59,109 nucleotides of DNA from Octopus bimaculoides (GCF_001194135.2 NC_069008.1:10184708-10243816), one strand, 5' to 3'; counted from the first letter of the stretch, positions 35,760 through 49,260 are shown. Numbers and translations are program-made. Notes: generated by a model not told the origin, from the letters alone.

Positions 35760-38550
35760 GAGTGAGTGGATCTGAGTGGAGTAGTAATCAGGTTTTAGGA
35801 TGGGTTGTTATGGAGAGGAGTTTTGGAGAAATTTTTATTGATTAAATTTGGGATTTAGAATTTATTTATGCATATAGAGCTTTATAAGCAAGTGTGTATG
35901 TTTGCGTGTGTCCCTTTTGATGTGTTAGTAGTTTAGTTATATTTTGACTAAGTGGATTTAATCTTTTACTTTGACAATGTAAATGTCAAAGATACAGAGT
36001 CCAGTATTTAAAACATCAATAAGCTGATGTGTAAACTATTTTGTAATGGAATTTTTTTAGGGGTTTGCAAAGAACATAAGTAAATCCTGTTTTAGCTGGT
36101 CAATTTATTTACTTGTTATTGTTGAGCATTTCCTATTTTTATTAGGACAGTGTTGGTTATTAGTCAGGCATGCTATGGTGTTGTTAGTATAGAAAATTGT
36201 TTCTCTTGTGCTTTCATCATCATCCAGTGTTCTAAATCAAGTTTTGTGCCCATTAACGGGGGGTGGTCAGATCTACCTCAATGCCATAGAAACCACCCTC
36301 AAACCATCTCACCATTTTGCCTGGTTTTGGGCATCCTCCTTTTTCAAACCAACCCTCCCAATCTCCTCCTCCACCTTTTTCTCTGTCTACCTCACTTTCA
36401 CACTCCATTTACCTCAAATGCAATCACCCTCCTCAGAACAAGCTCTTCATCCCTCCTCAATACATGCCCATACCACTTCACTCCATTCGCCCTTGCCAGC
36501 TGATACACCAATTCCTCCAATCCCAGCATTCCCATCAAATCCTCAGTGCTCCACTGGTTCCACCAGCCCTCCAGCTCCTTTCTCACATCTTCCACAAACA
36601 AACTCTCTCGCCAGTCTTGGGATCACCTTCATTTTCATATATCTACCATGAATCCATTTCCCACATCTCATACATAACACTGCATTTGCCATTACCCTCC
36701 TCCCACATACACCACATGGATCCACCTTACTCACCAACACTTCTCCTTCCACCCCACTCACCATCACCTTTGTCTTCCCGCAGTTTACCTTCAAACCCTT
36801 GCTTTCAAATGCCTCCTTACATTTCCCAAACTCTCCCCTCAATCCCTCCATTGTCTCACTCATCAGAACAAGCTCATCCACATACAGTATCTCCATTATC
36901 AATCCCTCTCTCGCACTCTCCATCACCACATCAGCCACTATCACAAACACCAACTTTCACTGCAAACTCCTCCGACAGCTCTCATCCAATTCTAACTCTT
37001 GTATTTACCCCCTCATACAAACTCATCACTAACCTCGATGTTCATGAAAGGATTTGGTTAGGTGTAGAGGTTGATGATCTGTATGTTTCTCTCGAGGGGC
37101 TCATTGAGCAATTTCATTAATATATGAAGATTTTAACCCATGTGGAGGCAGTATTTGTGAGCTATGTGCTTATAAATATTTCTCTCATTCTGTTTCAGAA
37201 GTAGTATTTTATAATGTGTTATTTTGGGCCCCTGGATATATGCACTATAAAAGGGGTGTATATATTCATGTATATAAAAAATATATATTAAAAAATTGAA
37301 AATATGACAATGTAAAATTTAAGAAAGAAAAGGAAGAAAATAATTAAAAGAAGGAAAAGAGTGTGTATGTAGGTAAACTTTTAATTTGTAGAGTACTAGT
37401 TTAGTGTAAAGATGTGAAAATGTATTTTTATTGAATATTATTATGGTGGTAGTTTATAGGGGAGTGGTGTTGGTGAGAAATTAATGTGTAAAGCCATCAG
37501 AAAAAAATTATTGGTTTGAAATGTTTTAGTATTTTAAAGATTTTGTGCTTCCATAGAAACTAGCTCAGAGTTTGGTCCATGAATATTAGAATGTGGTAGG
37601 ATTCATTAGTACAAAATTGGCATGTGAATGTACTTTCTAATTTGGATGGGGTATTTTTTAAATTTTAATTTGGATAGGGAGTGCCATATCATTTTTCCTG
37701 TTTGGGTTGCATGTGTGTTGTATTGTGTCTTAGACTGGTTTGCTATCAATCCTATATATGGTATTGTGTTTGTGGTTACTGTTGCACTTCATACAAATTT
37801 TTTTGAGAGACAGTTTCCTTCTAGAGGGCAGGATGAAGGCATTCTAAATTTGCAATTGTTATTATGTATGTTTTAGGTATTCTCTTTTAGATAATTTTTG
37901 GTGGTTGTAATTGGCTACAATTTTTTTTTAATAACAATTTTTTGCTGTGTTTGTTTATTAGTTTGCAGTATTTGTGATTGGGGCTGGAAGTGTTTTTGCA
38001 AGATTTTGAAAAATAATTTAGCTATTGATGTGGAGATTTGTATGTTGAAAGGGGGATTAAACCTGATGATTTCTTTTGTCTATTCTTACATTTTTTATTA
38101 ATTGTGTGAGGTTTGTTGTTTATATATTTTGTTTTTCCTCTTGTAACTGCTGTTGTTTGGAGCTTTGTTATATGGGATTGCTATTTTGTTTTGTAGTTTT
38201 TCATTTTAAGATAAAGAGGAAATCCTAGAAATTCTTTACTGGGTTTTGATAATGTTTTTGGGATGGCTGGATAATTTTTCATTATCTTGTAAGTCGATGA
38301 TAATGTCTAGAAAGTTGACTGACTTTAGTTATGTTTCCACTGTAATAGAGAAACCCATGTCTTTGAAGTTCCTTCTTAAATTTATACGACTGTGTACTTC
38401 TCCTAAGGAACCACATCACGCAAAAAAAAAACTGATAAATACAAAGTTGCTTACAATACCATAACCCCAAATTTAATCAATAGAAATTGCTCCAAAACTT
38501 CTCCATAACATCCCACCCTAAGATTTAATTACCACTCCACTCAAAACCAC
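35760..38550 (-). mobile_element. Penelope-like element (RT C-terminus + GIY-YIG), with inverted terminal repeats, interrupted by an RTE
   Basis: Minus-strand relics KSVNFLDIIIDL..SSHP..IIK, PPFNIQISTSIAKLFFKILQKHF, SCPLEGNCLSK; about 35765-35865 is inverted relative to about 38460-38550. Confidence 0.65.
36213..37035 (-). mobile_element. RTE-like LINE 3' part with a PHD-like Cys/His cluster
   Basis: EILYVDELVL..GLKVNCGKTKVM..DPCGVCG..LCMRCGKWIH..FVCGRC; WYGHVLRR; (GAT)n tail at 36213. Confidence 0.82.
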
Positions 38551-39012
38551 ACACCAAAGGAAAATTTTAACCACACTCCAATTGTCACTTGTGGCATGGT
38601 TTCTATAGCTAGATGCCCTTGCTATTGATAACCACTTTGCTGTGTGCTGGGTGCTTTTTACATGCCACTGGTACAAGTGCATTTATGCAGCACCAACATG
38701 AGTGCATTTCACATGGTACCAGCATGGAGGCTTGTATGTATGCATTTTAGTTTCTGCTTATTGATAAGATTTTGGAGGGGTTTCTTGGTGATTTTTTTTT
38801 TTGTTTTTGTTTGTTCTTTATATATGACATTGCAAGTTTTTTTGGTTTTTTTTTTTTTTGTATATTTCCCTAAGTCCATCATGCGTTCCCTAAAGATCTG
38901 CAGTGTGTTACTGCCATCACTCACCTAGGAGTGCATCTTTGTGATTTGTTAACCATATACAGCCATGCCTCTATCCAGTTATGACATTCATATATTCTTT
39001 CTTTCATTGCAG

Positions 39013-39093
39013 TTGCGTCAAAATGAGAATCGGCCAGCATTGCCAGATGACAAGACTCATGCTGCTGCCTCTACAAATGAGACATCCCTATAG
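39013..39093 (+). CDS. MCC: MCC terminal coding exon with PDZ-binding C-terminus
   Basis: ctttcattgcag|TTG.. phase 0, LRQNENRPALPDDKTHAAASTNETSL*; human MCC ends RPHTNETSL. Not in the ORF track in this frame. Confidence 0.9.
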   Translation: MRQNENRPALPDDKTHAAASTNETSL

Positions 39094-39301
39094 CAACACA
39101 CCACACACCCACTCCCAATCCCTTCTCCTACTACTACTCCCTTTTGAATTCCATGGCAGCCCATCCTCTCTCCACCATTATCACTAGCCTGCCCACCACC
39201 AACAACGCCTTTATTTATTTCAAACTACTTTTTACAACTTATTACTCACCCCACTCCCTTTACACACATTCAACACATATTTTTCGCTTGTTTTATATAA
39301 A

Positions 39302-39360
<59 letters not shown>

Positions 39361-39729
39361 CGTAATTATGTAATATATGTGTATATTTGTGTTTGAACAC
39401 ACACACACATATTCTTTACCGGTTTCAGTCATGCTGGAGTACTGTGCTGAAGAGATTAAGTCAATCATATCATCTTCAGTGGTTATATCAGAGTAGTGTC
39501 TGACAGGTTAAGTTACCTTTTGATATGAAGGGATGCAAAACAAGTCAATCTACAAACAAATTACAAATATACACTCATAAACACACACACTTACACACAT
39601 ACATATACACACTCATATACACATACATGTATACACACTCATAGATAGAGGTACCTTTTCTTTTCTATTACTTTTCTCAGTCATCGGATTGCAGTAATGC
39701 TGAGGCATTGCCTTGAGGAATTTTAGTTG

Positions 39730-39790
<61 letters not shown>

Positions 39791-41297
39791 TTTAACATGC
39801 AGTTTTCCATGCTTGCATGGGTTAGATTTTTTTATACCTGGATGTCCTTCCTGTCACCAAACCTCACCTATTTCCAAGCAGAGTGACATTTGCCCATGGA
39901 CAGACTTATTTTCATAGAATATTGGAAATGAATGACACTGCTTGTATGAACAAGAGTCACATTCATTTACAGCTACCACATGATATGAAAACAAAGAAAG
40001 ATATACATACACTCATACATGCACAACTAGCTTCTTTCAGTTTTCATCTACTAAATCCACTTATACTAATATCTTTATTTACTTGTTTCAGTCATTAGAC
40101 TGCAGCCATGCTGGGGCACTGCCTTGAAGAACTTTTAGTTGAACAAATTGACCCTGTTACATAAAAAATTTTTTAGCCTGGTACTTATTTGATCGATCGC
40201 TTTACTGAACGCTAACTTACAGGAACATAAACACACCAACACTGGTTGTCAAGCAGTGCTAGGAGACAAACACAGGCACAAAGACACACACACATATATA
40301 TATGAAGGGCTTCTTTCAGTTTCTGTCAATCAAATCCACTCACAAGGCTTTAGTTGTTCCAAGGCTATTGTGCCATACAGTGGGACTGAAGTGGAACCAT
40401 GTGGTTGGGAAGCAGCAAGCTTCTTACCACACAGTCATGCTGTACCATTATCACATTTACTGTAAAGTTGTGATAACCACTACACAAAGTTAATATCACA
40501 ACTTTGATTGTACAAATTAGCTGAGATTACACAACTCAGTGGTCTCCTGTCAGAGTGGATCACAGTATCATAATATGATGTTATATATAACATCATAATA
40601 TAGAAAGCAGAAATATGTTTTATCTTTCTTTTATCTTTTATTTGTTTCAGTCATTGGACTGCAGCCATGCTGGGGTACTGACTGGAATGGTTTTGTCCAG
40701 GGGTTCTCAATCATTTTTTATCTATGGATCCCTTTCATTACTTTTTTTTTTTTTTTTTTTTTTNNNNNNNNNNNNNNNNNNNNNNNNNNNNNNNNNNNNN
40801 NNNNNNNNNNNNNNNNNNNNNNNNNNNNNNNNNNNNNNNNNNNNNNNNNNNNNNNNNNNNNNNNNNNNNNNNNNNNNNNNNNNNNNNNNNNNNNNNNNNN
40901 NNNNNNNNNNNNNNNNNNNNNNNNNNNNNNNNNNNNNNNNNNNNNNNNNNNNNNNNNNNNNNNNNNNNNNNNNNNNNNNNNNNNNNNNNNNNNNNNNNNN
41001 NNNNNNNNNNNNNNNNNNNNNNNNNNNNNNNNNNNNNNNNNNNNNNNNNNNNNNNNNNNNNNNNNNNNNNNNNNNNNNNNNNNNNNNNNNNNNNNNNNNN
41101 NNNNNNNNNNNNNNNNNNNNNNNNNNNNNNNNNNNNNNNNNNNNNNNNNNNNNNNNNNNNNNAACTCAATTGCTAATCCCTTATATTTATGATGATAAAT
41201 GGTCTTACCGATAAAGGTTTATTTCATACTGAACTACTTGGCAAAATTGTTAATTGTTAATTCTATTATTAATTGACGATTCCCTGCCCTCATTTCT

Positions 41298-41330
<33 letters not shown>

Positions 41331-41335
<5 letters not shown>

Positions 41336-41719
41336 AGCAGGCCAAGTGCTTCAAGGGTTAAGCTTGGGAAAGGACCAGGAAAACACTGGTGGTGTAGAGA
41401 GGGAAGAATCATATTTATTGACAAACTGCTAGTCCTCCTGAAAAAACCTTGTGCAAGCCTACACTTTGGAGAAGATCATTTCAGAAAAAGAGGGACAAAG
41501 AGAGTGTGAATGTGAAGATAGGGGAGAGCAACTGCTATATGTCTAGTCAGACTTTGGATCTGCATCTGAAATGATCTTCTCCAAAGTGTAGGCTTGCACA
41601 AGGTTTTTTCAGGAGGACTAGCAGTTTGCCAATAAATATGATTCTTCCCTCTCTGCACCACCAGTGTTGTCCTTGTCCTTTCCCAAGCTTAACCCTTGAA
41701 GTAGTGGGTCTGCATAACT
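41331..41719. repeat. (TA)n-adjacent fold-back element: 137-bp near-perfect arms, 79-nt spacer
   Basis: 41349-41485 vs 41565-41701: 4 mismatches, no indels; weaker pairing extends to 41331/41719. Confidence 0.93.
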
Positions 41720-43687
41720 CTTAGGCAGAGGACTGTGTAACACTTGTTTGGAGGGCAGCCTTCTTTTGAGCTCTTATAGACCTTAGATACAGGACCATCT
41801 CTTAATATATAACTGAGGCCTACTCCTGAATGCAATTTAATGTTTTGTCCAAGATATATATTTGTTGCTTATATTATTCAAAAATTCTGGGTTTACCTAA
41901 GTTATCCCACTTGTGTGCTTGTGTGTGTGTGTGTGTGTTATATACACACACACACACACACTATATTTTTAATGTAGTGGATCAAAAATCAAAAACTTGA
42001 TGATGTGAGATTATATATGTGTGTGTAAAACTGCTCCTGCCCTCCTTTGGCATGGCTGTCCTATTCTAACCCACAACTCCTCTATATGCAGCACACACTT
42101 ATGTCTGCTTTCCACTTTCACTAATGATGTATATAAACAATCACTCCTACCTTAACACAACCTCCCTCTCTCTCTCTCTCTCTCTCTCCCTCCCCTTATT
42201 ATCACCACTGGACTATATATTAATACAACCATCCACTTTTCTCTCTTTCTCTCTCATTGCTGTACTACTACCTCTTCTGCTCTCTATGCATGCAACCCTC
42301 TCTTTTCTGACAGCTATCCCACCTTCTCTATTAGTCTATAAGCAGTAGCACAACAACCACTTCTATCTCCATCTCACTTGTTGAGATAAACTCAACTACC
42401 AGCACTACTACTTTCCCTACCCCCTTCTCTCTCTCTCTCCTATTCTAATCTTTGTCCTCCCACTGCCTCATTTCTTCATATTTGTAACATTTATATAAAA
42501 AGAAACTTGCTTAAAAATACAATAAAACAAATAAGAAATTGATGGTTTTGTTGTTCTTTGTTAGAAACCTAAATGTGTGGGGTGGGGTCAGTGAGTCTGT
42601 ATATACATCTGTTTATTTGTAGTTTGTCTTATGCTTGTTCCATGCTATGGAGACAAAAGGAGATAGTATTAGGTGTCTTTTATGTCACCAATCCTTACCT
42701 GTTTTCAAATGAGCTTATTTTTCTTTCTTTTTTTATTCCACTGGTCTTTGAAAACCAAGAACTAGAAAACATTTTTTACTAGGAATTAAAATATGGCATC
42801 ACAGCATCATGTAAATATGTAGAATGCAAGCATTGAGGCACATACATAAACACACACCATGCACGCACACATACACACATAGATGTCTATGTGTGTATAT
42901 ACCTAAACTATGTTCTACAGGCTACTGCGATCTTTTCTGCTTGGCTTCATTTTTTTAAATTTTGGACTACAGCTGCGATCTCACTTTATTTGCCACGTCT
43001 TCTCAGTCATAGCATATCTCCAGAGGTCTCAGTCTTTTGTCATTGCTTCTGTGAGGCTCAGCATTCGAAGGTCATGTTTCACCACCTCATCCTATGTCTT
43101 CCTAGGTCGCCTTCTACCATGGGTTCATTCCACTGTTTGAGAGTGGCAATTCTTCACACATCTCTCCTCATCCATAATCTAGTATGTCCTTCTTCATTTT
43201 ATGACGCTAAGATGTTCTTTGAGAGGAGGTTTTCAATTTCTAAATCAAGAGGTTAAATGTGTTGGCAACAAATGAGTAAGCGGAATACACAACAGCTTGG
43301 TTTGTTACTATGGAAAACAGGCAGCTATGTCTGTGGTTTTCGATTGGCTGAAATTACTCAAAATTTGAAAACTTCAAAAGCTATTAAACTCTTCTGCTTA
43401 TTACTTTAAGGCAAAATTTTCAAAATGTGGTTGCAAACCAAATTCCTTACCACACAGCCTCGTCTGGAAAGTGCATGTGTGATGAGAAAGAAGGCAGTTA
43501 TTCATTTTATAACGTCAGGGTCACCAAATATAACGGAGTGGCTACCAGAATGTAATGGGTGCTGTTTATGTTGAAGATGAAGATGATATCATTGACTCCA
43601 GGAATGAAAGACAGCAGCTGAAGTTGTAGATAACATATTTATTTCTCTATTATGTATAATCATTTCCTAACCACGATGGGTAGGTGT

Positions 43688-46566
43688 CATCATCATCATC
43701 ATCATTTAACGTCCGTTTTCCATGCTGGTATGGGTTGGAAGCCAGGAGGCTGCACCAGGCTCCAATCTGATCTGGCAGTGTTTCTACAGCTGGATACCCT
43801 TCCTAACACCAACCACTTTGATAGTGTAGTGGGTGCTTTTTAAGTGCCACCATCGCCGGGGCCAATGGGGACTGGCATCGACCATGTTTATATCGTGCTT
43901 TTATGTGCCACCCGCACGGGAGCCAGAAGAGGCTGGCNNNNNNNNNNNNNNNNNNNNNNNNNNNNNNNNNNNNNNNNNNNNNNNNNNNNNNNNNNNNNNN
44001 NNNNNNNNNNNNNNNNNNNNNNNNNNNNNNNNNNNNNNNNTCATGTGCCACTGGTGCACAGGAGCCAGTTGGGGTGAGGGGCTGGCATCAACCACATTTG
44101 GATGGTGCTTTTTACGTACCACTGGCATGGGGAGCCAGACAGGCAGCGCTGGTATCAGCCGCAACTACAATTTCCATTTAATTGTGGTTTGATTTGATTT
44201 TCATGTTAATGTACTTGACTCAATAGGTCTCCTCAAGCATGGCATGTTGCCCTACGATCCAAAAGGTACTTTTGCGCAACACTGGCATAGGCTACAGCTG
44301 CGATCTCACTTTATTCATCACGTCTTCTCAGTCATAGCCTATCTCCAGAGGTCTCAGTCTTTTGTCATTGCTTTTGTGAGGCTCAGCATTTGAAGGTCAT
44401 GCTTCACCACATCCCATGTCTTCCTATGTCTCCTTCTACCATGGGTTCATTCCACTGTTTGGGCATGGCATTTCTTCACACATCTCACCTCATCCATCCT
44501 TAGTACATGACCATACTAGCGCAGACGTCTCTTTTGCACGCCGCATCCAATGCTTCTTATGTCCCACATTTCTCTCAGGGTACTTACATTCTGTCATGTA
44601 TGCACATTGATATTACACATCCAGTAGATCATGCTAGCTTCATTTCTTTTGAGCCTACGCATGCCATCAACAGTCACAGCCGTGAAGCATGGCAGTTCAC
44701 ACACATGCATCATACAATCTACCTTTCACTCTGTGTGAAAGACCCTTTGTCGTCAGTAGGGGTAGAAGCTTTCTAAACTTTGCCCAGGCTATTTCTAGTT
44801 GTAACACTTTCTGAGCAGCCCTCCCCCCACTACAGACACCTAAGTAGTAGAAGCTATGGACTACTTCTAGTTTCTCACCCTGGCATGTGATGGAATCTGT
44901 TTTTTTGAGCATCTGTGGTGATTATTGCTCCTGTGCATCTGCTGCACATGAAAGTTATTTTCACAGTTAATCTTCCTTTGTACCTTTTATCTGTCCATAG
45001 CTTACACTGGGTACATCTTATGGAGTTTCTACCTACACCTTTTCTACAGATTGAGCAGGGCCGTCTACCTGAAGTGGTGTGTGATGTGTTTGCCTTCCTA
45101 CTTACTAGGACTTTGGTTTTTGTGACATTGACTAAGGCACTTCGATTCTAAATCTTGCTTCCACACCTGAAATTTCTTCTCTAGTTCCGGTAGTGATTCT
45201 GCTATGAAGGCAAGGTCATCCACATAGAGGAGCTCCCAGGGTCAACCTGTTTTGAATTCCTCTGTTATTGCCTGGAGGATTATGATGAATAAGAGGGAGC
45301 TGAGGGCTGATCCTTGGTGGACCTCTACATATACCCGGAATTCTTCACTCATTGCCAACCCTAACCTTATTAATGGCACCCCTGTATAAGGCCTGTACAG
45401 CCCTTATTAACCATTCGTCAATCCCTAGTTTCCGCATCGCCCACCAGATAAAGGATAGGAGGACCCAGTCAAAGGCTTTCTCCAAGTCCACAAAAGCCAA
45501 GTACAGAGGTTTATCTTTGGCTAGGTATTTCTCCTGCAGTTGCCGTACCAGGAATATAGCACCAGTGGTGCTTCTACCTGGGACAAAACCAAACTGCATC
45601 TCATCTAAGCATACTCTCTCCCTAATTAGTTGGGCTGTGACCTTCATCACCTGATCCAGCAGATTGATACCGCTGTAGTTATTTCTATCTAAGGCGTCAT
45701 CTTTACCCTTGTAATAGTGACTATGGCGCTGCTACGCCAGTTATTGGGTATAACTTCACTATGAACTACCTGGTTTACAATATGGGTGACTAAACCATAA
45801 CAATGCCACCAGATATTTTAAGCATCTCAGCAGTGATTCCTGATGGGCTCAGCAGTGATTCCTGGCTTCATACCCTTAATTGCTTTATCTACCAGGGTGC
45901 TGTCTATTCGGATAGCTGGTCCCTCTTCTGGGTCAACATTTGGCAGGCTTTCCTCCTCCTATTCATTCTCCACATTCAGCAGTCTTTCATAAGTGCATCT
46001 CCAAGCCTCTTTCTTTCCAGAATCATTAAATGCAAGGGCACCATCATCCATGCGGACACATTTTTCTCCTGTGACATCACAATTTTCTCTCACACATTGT
46101 CTTGCAATCTGAAATACTTCAGTTCTTTGGTCCTCACGTTGCTGGACATTGGCAAAATACTTATCTGCTTCTCTCTTGGCTATGTATACCTGTCACCCAG
46201 CCCGTTTCTTTGCTCTAATGGCTTTATCTACTGTATTATTCCACCAACACATTACTCTAGGTCTGGAAGGAACTTTGTACCATCCACAAAATTGGTTTGT
46301 AGCATTTAGTAAGCTGTCGCGTAGGAATTTCCAGTTACCCTCTATGTACATGCATCACAGAACTCCATTAGCCTGGTTCCCTCTTCATTTCGGCAACCAA
46401 TACCATGAGCCCCCGTGCACACCAGTGAAGATACCGGATTGCCGTCCAACATGCCCATTAAAATCTCCAGCCACAAAGATGAGGTCATTGCCACTCATCT
46501 TTGAGGTAGCTTGTAGGGGGGTATCATAAAAACGGTCTTTCTGATCATTTGGTAGGCCTGCTTAAG
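43688..46566 (-). mobile_element. RTE LINE from 3' (GAT)n tail to the APE end
   Basis: catcatcatcatttaacgtcc tail; RT motifs at 45345-45650; AGDFNGHVG at about 46450. Confidence 0.9.
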
Positions 46567-47679
46567 GGAATTCACGAAAGATAACAAATGTCAAGGAAAA
46601 TGTTTGGCTAAAATTAACGGCCAAAACACTTGACCTTCGACACCATAAATCAAGAGAACGCTAGCCAGACATAGATCTTTTCTTTTGTCACTCCCATTAT
46701 GTTTCTTTTTCTTGACATCAACACCCACGTTTTCTGCTACAACAATAGATCAAATTATTTGTTTTTGTGTCAGCGCTGTGACCACCAAATATTTTAAATA
46801 GAGAGACATTTAGCCAAGAAAACAGAGTTGGTGGTACGGCCGCATACGCTACGCAAGAACGATTATCGGTCTAATTAAGACATCCTTGACTGCTGACTAC
46901 TACAACTAAACCAAGAGTTGTATAACAACTGTTATACAAGTAAGGTTTTTTTTGTACACACACGCTTTGTCTCTTCAAACACGCGAAAACACATAGATAC
47001 ACAAACAACAATTTATACATCACAAATACCACAACTGCATTTGTTTCTTGTAAACATTTTTTTCATTTATAATTGTTTACCTGCTGTGATATAGCAAATG
47101 TTACCATTTTAATAACGAACTTATAACGCATTCTAAAAGTTTTGTCAACTTAATTCTCTACACCTGATTATAAACAAGCGAGACACCAAAACAGTATAGT
47201 CAGCAAACACGTAAATTAAACATTGGCTTCCTCCGTGGCAGAATCCAAATACCTTATAAATGCACCATCATTTGGCGACTGGGCAAGAATACGTAGAGGG
47301 AGCTGCATGTAAACAGAACAGAACGGAAGGGAGCACATGAGGCAAGAGTTTTAAATAGATAAGCTGCAACCAGAAGCAAAGTTTAATTTGGGGAGATGGT
47401 ACGAGGAACAAAGAGAGAGATACTGGGAAGATAGATTGGTTTATGAGACAAGCAATTGGTAAAAAAAAATCTAATATGCTGCAGCTGCTAACACTAAATT
47501 AACGCTACAACTAATACTATTATGATAGCACAGGTATCTGAAGCCCAACTACCACCCTTACCACTGCACCCACCCATACCACTATACCCACCCACGCTAC
47601 TGTTGCGAGTGCTGCAACCACATAAAAACAATAATATCAGTGATATCAGTGATGATAATAATAATAATAATAATGAAAG

Positions 47680-49260
47680 GAAATGGGTGAAGGCTCCTCC
47701 TCCTCTTCATGAGCTGATTAATGATACATCTAGTGATGGTGTCAAAATAAAAACACTGGTAATTGCACAACCTAATAAGTGACAATGAATAAACAAAATA
47801 TTGTGAATAACGGTGGTAATGAAACTGAAGCCAATGATGGTGACAGCGTTACACCTAGTAGGCTCGGAGATTCTGGTCCGGCTCCAGCCTGGCGATATCC
47901 AGTAAGAGACACACGGCGTAGATTGAGCAAGCAAATTCATGCTGTGGTCATGGAGTGTTATTACCTGAGCAGCCCGGTAGAAGAAAATGGTGCTCAAATT
48001 AGAGAGAAAAGGGATTGTTTCAACTCACGGAACAGAGACTATATGATCAAGCTAGAGCAATAAGGAAAAATTGTTGGTTTACACAAGTAGAGCACGAAGC
48101 TATCAAAAGACGGGTCATGGAAAATAGCAGCAGAGATAACAATGAAAATACAGTTCTTACTAATTAGAGTAATCCCATACCACAGGAAAGGAGCAGTGGT
48201 AGTTTACTTGATGAGAGACAATAAGACAATAAGACTAATAGTGACATGACAGATGAACAAAAGGCAAGACTACAAGAGAATGATAGCGACATTATTTGCA
48301 TCCTTAAAAAGGTTGATCGATGGAAATTGAAACAAGAAACGAAAAATGTCAATGAAATTCTGAAATTCTGAACAAGCAACATCACAAAAACAAATAATTT
48401 GATCTATTGTTGTAGCAGAAAACGTGGATGTTGATGTCAAGAAAAAGAAACATAATGAGAGTGACAAAAGAAAAGATCCATAGTGGAAAAGAAGAATCCA
48501 GGCAGGGTTAGACATGCTCTCAGAGGAAATCTGTGTTAGACTGAAAAGAGAAAGGGGAGTTTAAAAGCGAACAAAAATACAGGGCGCTGAAACGAAGAAC
48601 TGAAAAATCGCCTCGTTGCAAAGAAAGCAAAGATACAACCAAAGAATGAAGGGTTACCAGCAGAATAGGTTATTCAGAGTAGATCAGAAGAGATTCTATA
48701 AAGAAATAAATGGAGAGTGTACAGATGAAAAGTTGATACCAGATAACATTGAAAGTCAAAGGTTTGGGAGTGACATCTGGAGCAAAGACAAGGAGCACAA
48801 GAAGGATGCTGAATGGTTGCAAGAACTGAAACAAACAGTAGTCTGTCCAAAACAGGCAGGACATATCCGTTAAGGAAGTGAAGGAAATCAGCAAAAAAAT
48901 GAGCAACTGGAAGACCCCCGGGACTAAATGGAGTTGAAGGCTACTGGATCAAAAGATTTGGTGAATGTCATACACAAATAGATGCGCAACTCAGCACCTC
49001 GTTAAATACCGACTAAGGAACACCAGAGTGTTTGACATTGGATAGGACAGTGCTGTTCCTGAAAAACATCAAAAAAGGCAATATGGTAGACAATTACAGG
49101 CGGATATCCTGTTTGCCACTTATGTTCGTACATTGACTCTACATTATGTTCGTACTAGATGTTCAAGTCAATGTACGAACATCTGGTAAAAAAAATGGAG
49201 TCCTGCCACATGAGCATAAGAATTTTGTTAGAGTCGGAAAGAACATTCATGTTTCCAAAT
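47680..49260 (+). mobile_element. R4/Dong-like (RLE-clade) non-LTR element, 5' half, decayed
   Basis: [66 protein letters not shown]; begins just after an (AAT)n tract. Confidence 0.7.

Noticed and set aside
36317-37120. 267-aa Pro/Ser/His-rich + strand ORF
   Set aside because: Antisense shadow of the minus-strand RTE ORF.
43555-43625. TTGAAGA..GAAA with short pairings as another hammerhead
   Set aside because: Core spacing and stems do not fit HHR topology.
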